This document shows positions 13,420 through 25,322 of a DNA stretch of 64,000 nucleotides, in pieces. A model generated the notes under the pieces. It did not search any database, was not told where the DNA came from, and saw only the letters and a list, made by a program, of their open reading frames with translations. A program made the position numbers and the translations under genes. The stretch lies in NCBI GenBank assembly GCA_964016885.1, contig OZ024746.1, forward strand, positions 102,512,288 through 102,576,287, in the 5' to 3' direction. The stretch is from Eledone cirrhosa. Taxonomy: Eukaryota. Numbering within the stretch: position 1 is the first letter of the stretch; each line of letters begins with the position of its first letter.

Positions 13420-15110
13420 GAGAATTGTGTTTGTAGATAAATGTCTGCCCTTGAAGGTTGTTTCAACTATTTGTGGTCTATCACCATGACGTAGAACTGG
13501 AAGAATTTGGTTTTAGTCACCAGATACCACTAAATGGCTTTTTGCAATCTCGAACATCTTTGAAACTCCTGTCAGGCATTGAAAGATATTCTTATGTCCC
13601 ATACCTCTCTCATCAATGATTAACAGGTCAGCTTGCTGCATAAGTTTACCTGTGTCATCCCTCTTTGTGAAGAAGCAAGTTGATTCAGCAGTCATATTGA
13701 GAGGAATCGTGCACTTGGAATGAAGAGTTCTTCGTTTGTGAAGCAAAGTGGCTGCTATTCCAGATATGGCAGTGGCAAGTGCAATTATTTTTTTACATTG
13801 GAGGTAATCCATTAGAATGCTTATGACCTGTACCTGCACTTGCATTCAAGCAGAAAATTCTGCCCTCATTTTCATTTACAGAGGTAATTACTTTGTGAAA
13901 AAGAACCAGTTGCTGAGGATTCAATGTTGGCAGAAGTTGATTTATTTGTTTGCATGGACATGAATTGCTCATGATGTTCATGCATGATATCCTCTGCAAG
14001 ACAATTCTTCTATTTCTCCCAGAACTGCAGAGGGTCATTTGGCATGCAGTGCAATTAAATGGTGCAGAAGATCTGTGGCAGCTGAGGACCAACAGACTAA
14101 GTTAATCTTTATATGAAGTTTACCCAGCCTTGTGATGTATGATCATTCTGAGGTAATATAATTCAGATTGATGTCTTCTGAGAATGCGTCCAAGAGATTC
14201 ACTCATAAATTGTTGATCACCATCCAGATGTCCCCTTTTTTTCTTTGCCATTTTTTGTTTGTCCAAGTGAAATATTTAGGAATATCAATATACAATATAT
14301 CTTGTTCCAGCGGGTCTCTAATATTCAGTTGAAAATATTCCGTGAACTTAGTCATTGGCTGTCCCCTAGAAAGAACTTTCTTCCTGCCCTTGCTCAAACA
14401 CGACCATTTGTTCCCCAAGTAAATGGCAAGGCAACTTTCCAGAATGCTTCACTGGCTGAGATGTACCATGCATTGATATAGGTCTCAATTTCATTTCGAG
14501 CATGGACACAATTTCCTCGATCATCGTTAATAGTGAAAGTGATTTTGTCTGATCCTTTTGTGATGTACTTTAATTAGTTAACAGCCTTGACACTGTAGAC
14601 AACCTCACAATTGACCATGCTATCTACCCCTTCTTCTATACTTTGAAAAGGAACTTTTGGCAACAAATGCGGTTTGCCTTGGGATAACTGTTTGAGCATT
14701 GTTATTGTTGTCCTAGCCCTTCCTTTCATGAGCACATCATATTAACTTGTCCACATGGGCCATGAATGTTGCAAGATGGGGATGATCTTCTGTAGAATTG
14801 GAATCTCACAGTACACTACCTGATCAATGTCATCAGCAGTTTTGTGCTTACTATCTTCAGCCATTATCTGCAGAATATGAGCATGAGTGGGGCCTCGTTT
14901 CTGCCACTCTATTGTAGCAGAACGAGCAACAACTTTTCCTAGGACATTTTCTTTTTCAGTATGTCACCCATGAGGCTGTCATACTTGATGTTGAAGAATC
15001 TTGCACAAATATCAGGACGGTCTCTAGGTTCTTGACTAGGGTGCAAATTATTTTTTATTTCATCCCAGTTAGAGTTAGTTGTTACCGTGATGAAATAAGA
15101 CGACTTTACC
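13420..15110 (-). mobile_element. Decayed Helitron RepHel (HUH replication initiator plus N-terminal half of PIF1 helicase)
   Basis: Minus strand: FITVTTNSNWDEIK...DRPDICARFF (motif 1), IEWQKRGPTHAHIL (HUH), HGPCG, KYITKGSD (motif 3), NASAGTG (Walker A remnant), ATAISGIAATLL, LLIIDE, GD..QILPV; many stops and frameshifts. Confidence 0.92.
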
Positions 15111-15756
15111 ATGTCGAACCACAGTCATCGAATTCTGAAAGCACTCAGTGTAGAAGCGATTGGGAACCATAGATTGAAGGTGGAAGAACAATTCTCCGGC
15201 CTTCATTTACTGAATCTCCCTCAGCATCATAGAAACCCTCATACTTTTCAGCTCACATCACGGTTCGATTGTTACGGCCATTTTGAGGTGACAACATTGT
15301 ATTTTTCCCTGGGCATCTACAGCATATTGCTGCATCAGCCACCTGCTCTTCACGACAACATTAGTCACCTTGCCTAACCTGAAACCGATAACCAGTGGGT
15401 GTGAGTGTGTGGTTGTTGTCAATCCTTTTCAAACCAACCCGAAACCCATCATTCCCACAAGGAAACAGTAGCACAGGACAATATTCACATTTTCAGAGAC
15501 TGGCATTTCAATGACTTTCTTGAAGCTTCTTATATGATAAATGTTACCTATGATCTTAAATGTGGGACTAAACCCTGGCTTTCTCCCCCCCCTCTCTCTC
15601 TCTCTCTCCCATACACTGACATAAGATCATATAATTCAGCATTGTGGCTGTCTGTAAAATGTGAAAAGAAAGGCAAGGTTTTAACTGACATATAATTAGA
15701 TGTATGTATTTATGCCATGTGCGTTAATTTATATACGCACAATAGTCAGTCTCCTG

Positions 15757-16080
15757 ATCTGTTACAAACACAATTCTCAGGGCGAAACAGATTAAATCTC
15801 TAATCTGTCCGGGAGATGAAATAGTTATTGAAACGATGTGTACATTTTACTCTATCCTGTATTTTCCGTTTGCTCGCACGAGGTGAAATATTCATTCGTG
15901 TAGCTTTTAGTTTTAGGTGTTTGTCACATTTTATCTTATCTCTCGCTGATGACGCCTACGGATTATCTGTTACAAACACAATTCTCAGGGCGAAACAGAT
16001 TAAATCTCTAATCTGTCTGGGAGATGAAATAGTTATTGAAACGATCTGTACATTTTACTCTTTATCCTGTATTTTCCGTA
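15757..16080 (+). repeat. 208-bp tandem repeat carrying a hammerhead ribozyme (retrozyme- or pLTR-like)
   Basis: atctgttacaaacacaattctcagggcgaaacagattaaatctctaatctgtc.gggagatg...tattttccgt starts at 15757 and again at 15965. Confidence 0.9.
15938..16025 (+). ncRNA. Type I hammerhead ribozyme
   Basis: Stem I atctctcg/tgggagat (8 bp, 2 G-U); CTGATGA 15946-52; extra C; stem II gcc/ggc with long loop; GAAA; stem III cagatta/taatctg; GUC site with cleavage after 16017. Confidence 0.82.
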
Positions 16081-16494
16081 TGCTTCAGGTTAAATCTGTC
16101 AAACCAACATATATATATATGCGCTCAACCAACTGTGACGCCTAAACCAATCAGCTTTAGTAATCCAGTGAAACTACACACCGATTGGTTGAAATACAGT
16201 TTTCAAGATTTAGCATTCTGGAGCCACTTTTCACAGTGGCAAAATTTACCCATCTCATTACGGTTGAAAATTGCAAACTTGACTGTCACCACACATTATG
16301 AACCTGAAGATTGCGAAAGCATGAAAGTACTTGTTCAATTAACACTTAACATTTAATATTCTACCATACTATTTCATTCTAATACTATTATAAATTTTAA
16401 AGGATTGTAAATAAAACGAGTAAATCAAAGTTGGAATTCCTTTTATTAATATAATCTTCTATACATAATTATACACACCCGTGTATATCTATCT

Positions 16495-16528
<34 letters not shown>

Positions 16529-16542
16529 GACACACACATATT

Positions 16543-16703
16543 GTCCTGGGTATGACATTAAACTACATCCAGTGACAAGGCTCCATTTCGGGAGTTCATG
16601 AGCTGTGGGGAATGTGGAGTTACCCCTTAGTTGTCATAACTCCCAGGTCTGTTCTGGCCCGGAGCAGTGTTACCTGTTAGGGCCCCATTTATGGGTGAAA
16701 TAA
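16543..16703. mobile_element. SINE-like repeat, same family as 1067-1222
   Basis: Direct sequence similarity to 1067-1222. Confidence 0.75.
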
Positions 16704-18047
16704 TAAAAGAACCATGTAGTCGATTTAACAGCACTAAGGTTGTCAAGGCTTATGGGCACTCTGAATGTGAGGACAATTCGGACACTGAGAAATACTTCCC
16801 TGGAACTAAGAAGACCCCCACCCCGAAAAGAGGCCCGACCCAGTGGTGCCAAACCAAAAGGTATGCTTTCTCTCTTTCTCTCTTTCTTTCTCTCTCTCTC
16901 TCGCATACACTTAATGTTAAAAGAAAAGCAAGCTTTGAAGTGACAAATAATTAGATACATTGATACGACGCGTCGCCCTCATATCATGTATCTGTATGGC
17001 TGTCTGTCTGAACTTTCTAAATAAAACACACCCACACCCAACAAAGGGAACCAAATAGTTAAATTATAGAGTAGCCTAACTTGAGATTTTAAATTTTTCC
17101 ATTTTTTTTTTTTCATACACAAAAATACAGATCCATAAACATTTGTGTGTGGATCTATGTATATAGATAGGTAGATGGACAAGGGTGTCCTCACATAGGA
17201 GGTTTCCCGGTTGTTGTAATGATAGACTCCAGTTCTATCCCGAAAAACTTGAAATGAAGCAACTGGCTTATTAATGCAATGTGCTGCCAGACCTAGGGTT
17301 TGATGTTATGTTTATGAGTGCAGCACACTAACCATTGAAGCCCCACCATCACATACTGAACCTACATTAGAACACTACCACACACTACAGCACTACCAGA
17401 CACTATAACACCGCCATACTACACTACCACCATCACACTACATCACCACCAACACCACCATTCTATATATTCAGATATATCATATCTACCCCACCTTTAA
17501 CCCTGGCCCTTTATAACCCCTAAAATCTCTATTTCAGATATATCGTCATTCCTACGTTACCTCTAAATATGTAACTGCTTCACCACGGCCGTTGTTGTCC
17601 CTAATGAAGGACTGGGCTCTGCTACGCAACAGCAATGTACCAGATGGTTTTGAGAAATACTTCCCTGGAGCTAAGGAGGCCCGACCCAGTGGTGCCAAAC
17701 CATAAGGTATACTTAATCTCTCTCTCTCTCTTCTAGACACTTCTATAAGGTCATATAATTGAACAGTGTGTCATTTCTAAAATGTGAAAAGAAAGGCAAT
17801 GTTTTAAGTGACATAATTAGAAAGATATAGATACAACGCCGCACACTCACACACAGTTTTATATATATAGATATGTCTCCTCATTTTTGCAAAGTCTATA
17901 CAAATCCACATTTCTACTCTGATTGGCTTCAAACTTACATTTATATATTCCTTGTGGTCTAAAGATATTAACTGCAGCTTTTATTTTTCAATTTTCTGTT
18001 TTTAAAGAGGTGTTAGGCACCAGTTATCGATCTCCATCGTGCCCTTA

Positions 18048-18150
18048 TAATTGTTTCTACTTTAGGCACAAGGCCAGCAATTACCCAGTACATTACTGGT
18101 ACTTTATTTTAACGACCCCCGTAAGGATGAAAGGCAAAGTTAACCTCTGG
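18048..18150 (-). mobile_element. tRNA-type SINE, 3' portion
   Basis: Reverse complement of ...aactttgcctttcatccttacgggg...aaataaagtaccagtaatgtactggg...gccttgtgcc.aaagtagaaacaatt, as in 41355-41540. Confidence 0.85.
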
Positions 18151-18236
18151 CTGTCTGCATAACGACATTGTGATCCATACGTCAGCAATGACGTTAATCT
18201 TCGCCACATTCACACACACACGCGCATGCGCAGATA

Positions 18237-18281
<45 letters not shown>

Positions 18282-18307
18282 GTATGTATGTATGTATGTA
18301 TGTATGT

Positions 18308-18360
18308 GAGTTTCAGAAGATCCCGTTAAGGGTGAAAGCAGCGATTCTTTGCTTAAACTT
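18308..18360 (+). ncRNA. Hammerhead-like motif with variant core (CAGAAGA)
   Basis: Stem I gagttt/aaactt; core cagaaga; stem II t-ccc gttaa ggg-t; GAAA; stem III gca/tgc; CUU site. Followed by aataaa and (TA)n. Confidence 0.6.
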
Positions 18361-18653
18361 TAATCTGTTATTTTAATAAATATATATATATATATATCAT
18401 AATTGAATATAAAAGAAAAACGAACACAGATATATACATGTGTTCAAATAGTAAGGCATGAGATTCGCTAAGGTGAAAATAATACTAACTATAGACAATT
18501 TAAGAATAAATCAATAAAATAAATACAAACTTGGCTGCTATCTTTAGTGGTGTGAGTTTGTGAGACACGCTAAGTTCAGATACCATGTGCGTTATATATA
18601 CGCACACTATTCAGTTTTTTAATATACTTAGAAATGTCCATGATAATAATTAT

Positions 18654-18733
18654 TCATCCACTGATGAGCAAGAATTGGTATTCCTCTTCACAATTAATTT
18701 TGCGAAACAGCATTACCAAAGGTGTCTGGGTGA
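18654..18733 (+). ncRNA. Type I hammerhead ribozyme, canonical core
   Basis: Stem I tcatcca/tgggtga (7 bp); CTGATGA 18661-67; stem II gcaag-aattg/caatt-aat-tttgc with G10.1-C11.1; GAAA; short stem III ca/tg; GUC site with cleavage after 18726. Confidence 0.85.
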
Positions 18734-18844
18734 TTGGTACTTACCACAATTCCGGTTTGTATTTCTTTTCTTGATTTATTCTTAAATTGAGTCTGGCAAA
18801 CCCTATTGTCTCTAGTTAGTATTCTTTTCACCTTAGCGAAGCTG

Positions 18845-19757
18845 AACCCGGTGGTCAAACGGATCGGTCCCACCCGTGACAGCAGTCGTTCGACATAGCC
18901 CCACAGATAGGCAATGCGCGAGCACTGTACAATGCGTGTGCAACTGTTTCCTCGTCGCACCCGCATCTGGGACAGATCTTTTTCGAGGGGTCTCTACCAG
19001 GGCGCCCGTGTCTGTAGAGCCTTTCTCGAACGGGCAGAGCCCCTCGGTGGCACTGCCAGGCCAGGGACCTCTGGAAGTTATCCATAGGTCCCGGGCTGAA
19101 TGTCCTACCGAACAGGTTGGCCAGTTCGTTTTCCTCCATGCCTAGGGCTTCTCCGAGGGTGTTGCCGCACCTGCTAACCACCAGCCCTCTATAGAATGAC
19201 GAGTTGGATTCTCCACTGACAGCCGGGTCCGCCTGCCAGAGAGCCGTGAGCGCCTGGGCACACTCGGTGTGCCAGGCGCCCAATTTTCTCGGTCTTTGCT
19301 TGACCCAGGATTGCAGCTCGGTGAGCGAGACGAGTCTGGGAAAGGCTCGCCTCACAAACGGGGCCCACACCGGTTGACCGGTGATGAATACCTGGAGGTG
19401 CCGTAGCCTTAATGCGTGTTTACGCATCACCAGCCACGGCATCCCAGCCCGCCTTTCGAAGGGTGTTGACAGCAGATGGATCTCCTCACCATAGGAGCCC
19501 GCTTCTTCCAAAGGAATTGGAAGAGTGTGCGCTCCATTTTGGAGAGCGTTTCCCTTGGGCAAGGCACGACGGTCAGGCGGTAGTAGATGTGTTCGCCACC
19601 TCCGCCCGACGACGGCATTAACAACTCCAACTTCTGCAGCAGTGGCTCTAGTCATTACATACAGAAGGGAGGAGAGAGGGCACCCTTGTCGGATGGACCG
19701 CGCGATTTCGAACGGCTCCGAGAGGTAGCCGTTCACCTTGACAAGAGCAGAAGTGCG
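18845..19757 (-). mobile_element. L1/Tx1-clade LINE fragment (RT C-terminal part and zf-RVT region)
   Basis: VKVNGYLSEPFEIARSIRQGCPLSSLLYV; FQFLWKKRAPMVRR...KGGLG; AWQCHRGALPVRERL...CPRCGCDEETVAHAL. GC-rich, frameshifted and internally deleted. Confidence 0.92.
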
Positions 19758-19764
19758 TGCCTGC

Positions 19765-20922
19765 CTGCCTGCCTTAAGTCGTCCATGTTGTGGCTCCAGG
19801 TGAAGAGTTTGTACCTGAGCACAAATATGCGTGCTCATTTGCATGGTGACATGTCTGCAGCATTTGGTCAGAATATTTTAGCACTTTGTGAGGGCAAGGT
19901 CCCTGCGGATGACAAAGGCGGAATAGCAATCGACTCCCTGTGCAACATTGTGAGCAGCCCTTCTGACCTTTTGGAAGCAGTTTTTCCTAATGTCTCATCT
20001 AACTTTAAAAACCTCGATTAGCTCAGCGAAAGAGCCATCCTTGCTCGGAAAAATACCATGGTTAATTTTATTAACGAGCAGCTGATTGAGAAGATTCCCG
20101 CTAAAGAACACGTCTTCAAATCTATCGACCTGGCGTCAGACCCCGACGATATCGTTAATTATCCGGTTGAGTTATTAAATTCCCCAGGGCTCCCACCTCT
20201 TATTCTTAAGCTTAGGGTTGGCTGTCCCATTATGCTAATAAGGAACTTGCGTCCACCAAAGCAGTGCAACGGTACTCGCATGGTCGTCAAGTCAGTGACG
20301 CTCCACTTGATTGAGGCCACCATTGTAACGGGGTGCTGGAGAGGGGAGAATGTTTTCATTCCAAGGCTGAACCTTTGCCCCTCGGCGTCAGATATCCCGT
20401 TCGATTTCCGGCGATCCCAATTCCCGGTGAGACCATTTTTTTTTTCCAAGTCCATTAACAAGTCACAAGGGCAAACATTGTTGGTGGCGGTCATCCATTT
20501 GGGGGAGCCATGCTTCTCCCATGGCCAACTTTATGTTGCCAGTTTCCGCGTATGGAGCAGGAATGGACTTTTTGCTTACACTCCTCAAGGGATGACACGC
20601 AATATCGTCTACAATGAAGTGCTATAGATGTTTGAGTTATGCCGTCTGGAAAACTGGTTGGGTCACCCATAGCGGACAGATCTGACACGCAGCGGCATCA
20701 GGGCTACCATCTTGCAACTTTGTTCTATTAAATTCGCTATTGGAAGATTATTAAGCCATCATTGATTGTCCAAAATGCTAATTGGTTTGTAACTATTAAT
20801 AACCGGTTCAACTGCTTTATGCACTTAATTGATAAGATTATGCGCTTTCAAGCTACGTTTACCTGTATGTAACTTTTCATAGCAAATGAACAAACCCGAG
20901 TAACGCCGGGCTAAACTGCTAG
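19765..20922 (+). mobile_element. Helitron 3' half: PIF1 helicase C-terminus and 3' terminus
   Basis: ACLKSSMLW..LSTNMR; ERAILA; LKLRVGCPIMLIRNL..CNGTR; RRSQFPVR...SINKSQGQTL; PCFSHGQLYVA; TRNIVYNEVL*. 3' end cccgagtaacgccggg hairpin then CTAG|T at 20922. One stop at 20019-20021. Confidence 0.93.
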
Positions 20923-21719
20923 TTATCAATAATGTTATATCTCGCAATGGCCATACTCGATAACGAGGGCGCAGTCATTATGTATGGTGTTGTGATTTTT
21001 ATGTACAGTATATTATTATTAGATGGGTAACGTGCCTGCAGTAATCGGTAGAGCGTCCTCTCAAAATGTTTGCATTTTGCCCAAAGCAGAAACAATTATT
21101 ATTGTTGTTTGTAGTATTAGTAGTAGTATTCATTCTATTTTGTGTTCTACGTGGTTGATATTTCATCACCACAACACCACCACACCACTACATCACCACG
21201 CCACCACACCAACATACACCACCAACACACCACTACACCAACACTGTCGCCACCAGTTGGGCTACGTAGTCAAAGTGAAGGAAATAGAATTGGTGAAAGA
21301 TACATACTGATAGAAAGATATATGTATATATAGAGAGAGGAGGGGGGTAGATAGAAAGACACAGTTATAGAGATACAGACAATTACGCGTGTTGTTGTTT
21401 CTTTGATTCCGATAATACACATGTGTATCTAACTGATGATATGTCATATAGATTATTGAGAGGAAATGAATATTTACAAAGAAAAGCTGAAATATAATTT
21501 TAAAAAAATTAACGAATATTTATTTTTTATCTTTTGGAGTCAGTCAACATTTACCGCCATGTTCTTTGTTCTTTGTTAACAATAAAAGAATCTAATTTCT
21601 GACATACACCCTACTTCCGATCTTTAACCGCAGCCATTATATCAGAATGTATCTGTGCGTATGTCAAACTGAGTGCATGTGTATGGGTAGGTGTATATAT
21701 AAAAATGTGTGTGTGAGTT

Positions 21720-21820
21720 GGTCCCAGGTTCAATCTGGGGTAACCACAGTAAGGTACTCAATACATAGCAGAGTATAAATATTGAATCTAGAAATGTCTT
21801 CTGCAGGAGTAGAACTGTAT
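21720..21820 (-). mobile_element. Truncated copy of the hammerhead-bearing repeat seen at 29291-29420
   Basis: Reverse complement contains cagttctactcctgcagaag...tatactctgctatgtattgagtaccttactgtggttacc. Confidence 0.75.
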
Positions 21821-22374
21821 ATTATATATATAATTTGTCTGTGGTATATATAGATGAATGTTTGATGCTGAATCTCCCCGAGAATCACGCTCTAAGTGTT
21901 TATATTTATCTAAAAACCTTTATGTCCCAAACACTCTTTTCGGCTGAGTATTTTACAGCCAGTTTTGGAGCATGGCGTTGGATGGCACAACTATGCGAAG
22001 TGACCAGTGATATCATTATGAGGAGGAAGAGGCCAGTTTGCCGCACCGAATCCTTCTCAGAGCGGCACCCCAATTTCGGAGCCGGGCCCTCTCCCCGCGA
22101 TGGATACTTCTCAATACGAAAGACGACCGTGGCAGCCTGGGACTAGATTGCACTGTTATGAGAAGTGACAGTCCAGTTGGCCGCTCGAAACCCCTTTCAC
22201 AGCGGCAGCACAGTATCGGATGCAAGTACTGTGAATTGGATGGACACTTCTCAATACAAAACGTGCTAAGGTGTGACTTGACAATGATGAGAAACCGGAA
22301 CCAGACATTGTGAAGGACTGTTTGAGGGGAGGGATGTATGTATACGGTCATTAAAACACACGCACGCTCGTATA

Positions 22375-22495
22375 TAATTCTCCTGAATGAAAGTTATAGT
22401 CATGTAGAAGTCATTACTATATTAAATATTTATACTCTGTTATGAATTGAGTACCTTACTTACTGTTGTTAGCTGTGATTGAACCCGGAATAAAC
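22375..22495 (+). mobile_element. Degenerate copy of the same hammerhead-bearing repeat
   Basis: tgaatgaaagttatagtcatgtagaag...tatactctgttatgaattgagtaccttacttactg...aacccggaataa matches 29311-29420. Confidence 0.75.
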
Positions 22496-22529
22496 TTTAC
22501 ACGTTTTTGGAAACACCCTGTATATATAT

Positions 22530-23700
22530 CATTTGAGATGTAAATATCACATACTTAAGAGAGATAGATGTTAGAACTCGAAAACTTGTCAGTGTTACTG
22601 GGAACTTTGGTGATGTGGATAGGCTGTACTTGTCATGCAAGGAAGGTGGCCGGGGTCTAAAATCCATATTAACATCATATGACACCCGGATAGTAACACT
22701 GAAGCAACATCTTCAACAGAGGAAAAGTTTTATGGCCCAGGTTTATGAGCATGAAAAAAAAATATCATTAGGATAGCCACTGATCTGGAGGAGAGATATG
22801 GAATAAAGCCTGATATAAATCTCTCACCCAGAGAAATCGGAAGATCCTATTCACTGTTCAAAGAAGATGAAAAAATTGACCAATTTACAGAAAAAGTTGT
22901 GCACGTATACTTGAGACGTAAAACACAGACCATAGAGGTGATAAACCACTCAAAAAGCCTGGCATGGAGTTCCGACAAGTTTATGACATGACACCTTGAG
23001 GGATATCTCTATGCAATACAGGAACAAGAACTCCCTACCAAATATCTGCTGCACAAAAGAGGAGGGCCATCAGCTGACAATAAATGTAGGCTTATGTAAA
23101 ACAAAGATTGAAGATGTAAGCGACATTGTTGCCAGCTGCGAAAGAATGTCATCTCGCTACTACCTCCCCATGAGACACGATGGGATAGCTAGAACGATCT
23201 GGAACGCAAACGAGGAAGAATATATCGAGACAGATTGCACTAAGGAATACTGGTGGAACCTGAAAATAAAAACTGCCACCAAATTAAAGCACAACCGGCC
23301 TGATATTGTTGTTTGGGACCACCCATTGAAAACGTGTTGTGGAGATCAGTTGCCCACTTGATGTAAACGTTGTCAGAAAAATACAGGAGGAGGACATCTC
23401 CGGACCATTGATGAGGAGTTTACAAATCCAGTATCCAAAATACACCTTTAGCTTCATACCCATCATTATTGGAGCTACGGGTTATATACCAACCCGCTTG
23501 GACCAAAGTATGACTGAACTTGGATTTGCTGACAAAGAGCGCAGCTCCCTTCCCTAATTCATAGTCTACAAGTGGCTGCGATAGTTGGCACCTTCAAAAT
23601 TTGCAAAACATTCTTGCGATTCAAGGGATGACAATTTCTTTTCTTTTACAACCTTGCCACCAGGAAGGTGACCGGTCAAAAAATATATTCGAAATTAAGA
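22530..23700 (+). mobile_element. R4/Dong-like non-LTR retrotransposon 3' fragment with restriction-like endonuclease
   Basis: IDVRTRKL...DVDRLYLSCKEGGRGLKSI; knuckle remnant CRLC...DIVASC; RHDGIA; NRPDIVVWD; EISCPLD; end ICKTFLRF. Frameshifted. Confidence 0.87.
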
Positions 23701-23737
23701 GAAAGAGATCACCTACATGTATGTGTGTATGTATGTA

Positions 23738-23768
<31 letters not shown>

Positions 23769-24239
23769 TTGTATATATATATTTATTTATTTATTTCATT
23801 ATATTTGTTCCACTCCACGTGGTTTATATTTCACCACCACACCGCCATCAAACCACCACACCAACAACACTCGCCACCACCGCCATCATTAGAAAATGAA
23901 ATACATGCTATGTGGTAAAGTCAGAGTTTCAAGAGTTTGACAAAATGAGATGTTTTGATTGGTGAGAAGGATGAAGGCGATGTACTGGCCTGTAGTGTAT
24001 ATGGGGGTGGGTGTGATGGTGAGATGTTGGTGACGGTCTGTGGATGAGGTGGGCTGTGGTGTGGTGGTGGTGGGTTGGTATTTAGTGGGATGGGCTGTGG
24101 TGTGAGGTTAGTGGACTGTCTGTAGACGGGTTGGGGTGTGGTAGTGGCGCCTTTGTCTATGGTAGCGGCGTTTTTGGTGGTGTGGTGGATGTATTGGTGG
24201 CGTCAGGTATTTACATAGATACATAGACGCTCTTCGTCT

Positions 24240-24535
24240 GACAGATACCTTGTATATACGTATACGTACACACATATATGTATATATGTGCACATATATT
24301 GTTGTATAAACACACACAACATAAGACACATACGCACATCCTTGCCCACACATATCGGCATACGCTCACACACAGCCATATGTATATGTACACACATGTA
24401 TGTGCATGCGCGCATGCGGACACGAATATGAAGAGTGGTGGAGTATCGGTGGGGGTGGCGAACGACAGAGATGGGGGAAGGACTCACACTCATGTATGCA
24501 AGATATACACATACACACTCCCACACACGTATACT

Positions 24536-24575
<40 letters not shown>

Positions 24576-24830
24576 TGTACCGACAACACACACATACACG
24601 CACATAGTCAGATTTACCCATATACATATATGTAGACGTACACACACATACACATATGCATACACATACACATACACATATATATATATATATATACACA
24701 CACACATAGACATATGTATATACATGTGTTCACACACACACACACACATACAGATAAATTTGCGTACACGCACGCACACTTAAAACGCCCGTATGAGTAA
24801 AATACTTACACACAGACACACACACTATTG
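24240..24830. repeat. Low-complexity CA/TA microsatellite-rich tract
   Basis: Interleaved (CA)n, (TA)n and (CATA)n. Confidence 0.85.
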
Positions 24831-25132
24831 TTGGTTGGGGAGTGGAGGTATGTTTTGTCGGTGTTGGTGAAGTATGGAGTTGTTTTGTGGTGGTGGTGGT
24901 GGTGGTGGTGGAGTTGTGAGGGACAAAAATATATATACCGGATCGAATACCGGTTAAAAGGTGAGATAGGGAACGCGGGGGAAAAGCGTTTATGGACGTA
25001 CGGCGATGTGTGTTGTGGACATGGTGATGGTGGTGGTGGTGGTGGTGCTGGGGTGATATGTTCGGCAAGATGATTACATGATCAGAGGTTACGGTGTGTT
25101 ATATGGTAGGCAGACGGGGGGTGGGGGGTATA

Positions 25133-25322
25133 TAATTGTTTCTACTTTAGGCACAAGGCCAGCAAATAGCCAGTGTATTACTGGTACTTTATTTTATCGA
25201 CCCCCGTAAGGATGAAAGGCAAAGTCAACCTAGGCGGGATTTGAACTCAGATCGTAAAGGGACGTAACTATGCTTGAAAGCATGGCGTCCGACCCTCTAC
25301 CGATACTGCCAACCCCCCCACC
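25133..25322 (-). mobile_element. tRNA-type SINE, near full length
   Basis: Reverse complement of ttggcagtatcggtagagggtcggacgccatgc...gagttcaaatcccgcc (A/B boxes)...gcctttcatccttacgggg...agtagaaacaatt. Confidence 0.9.

Noticed and set aside
20058-20627. Host PIF1 helicase gene near the telomere
   Set aside because: Intronless, truncated, has an upstream stop, and is followed by a Helitron hairpin and CTAG terminus.
13420-20922. The two Helitron coding fragments as halves of one inverted element
   Set aside because: They break near the same helicase region but differ clearly in decay and base composition, so separate insertions are more likely.
22496-22522. Tc1/mariner-like terminal inverted repeat (gaaacaccctgta)
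   Set aside because: Only one short end was seen, with no partner TIR or transposase.
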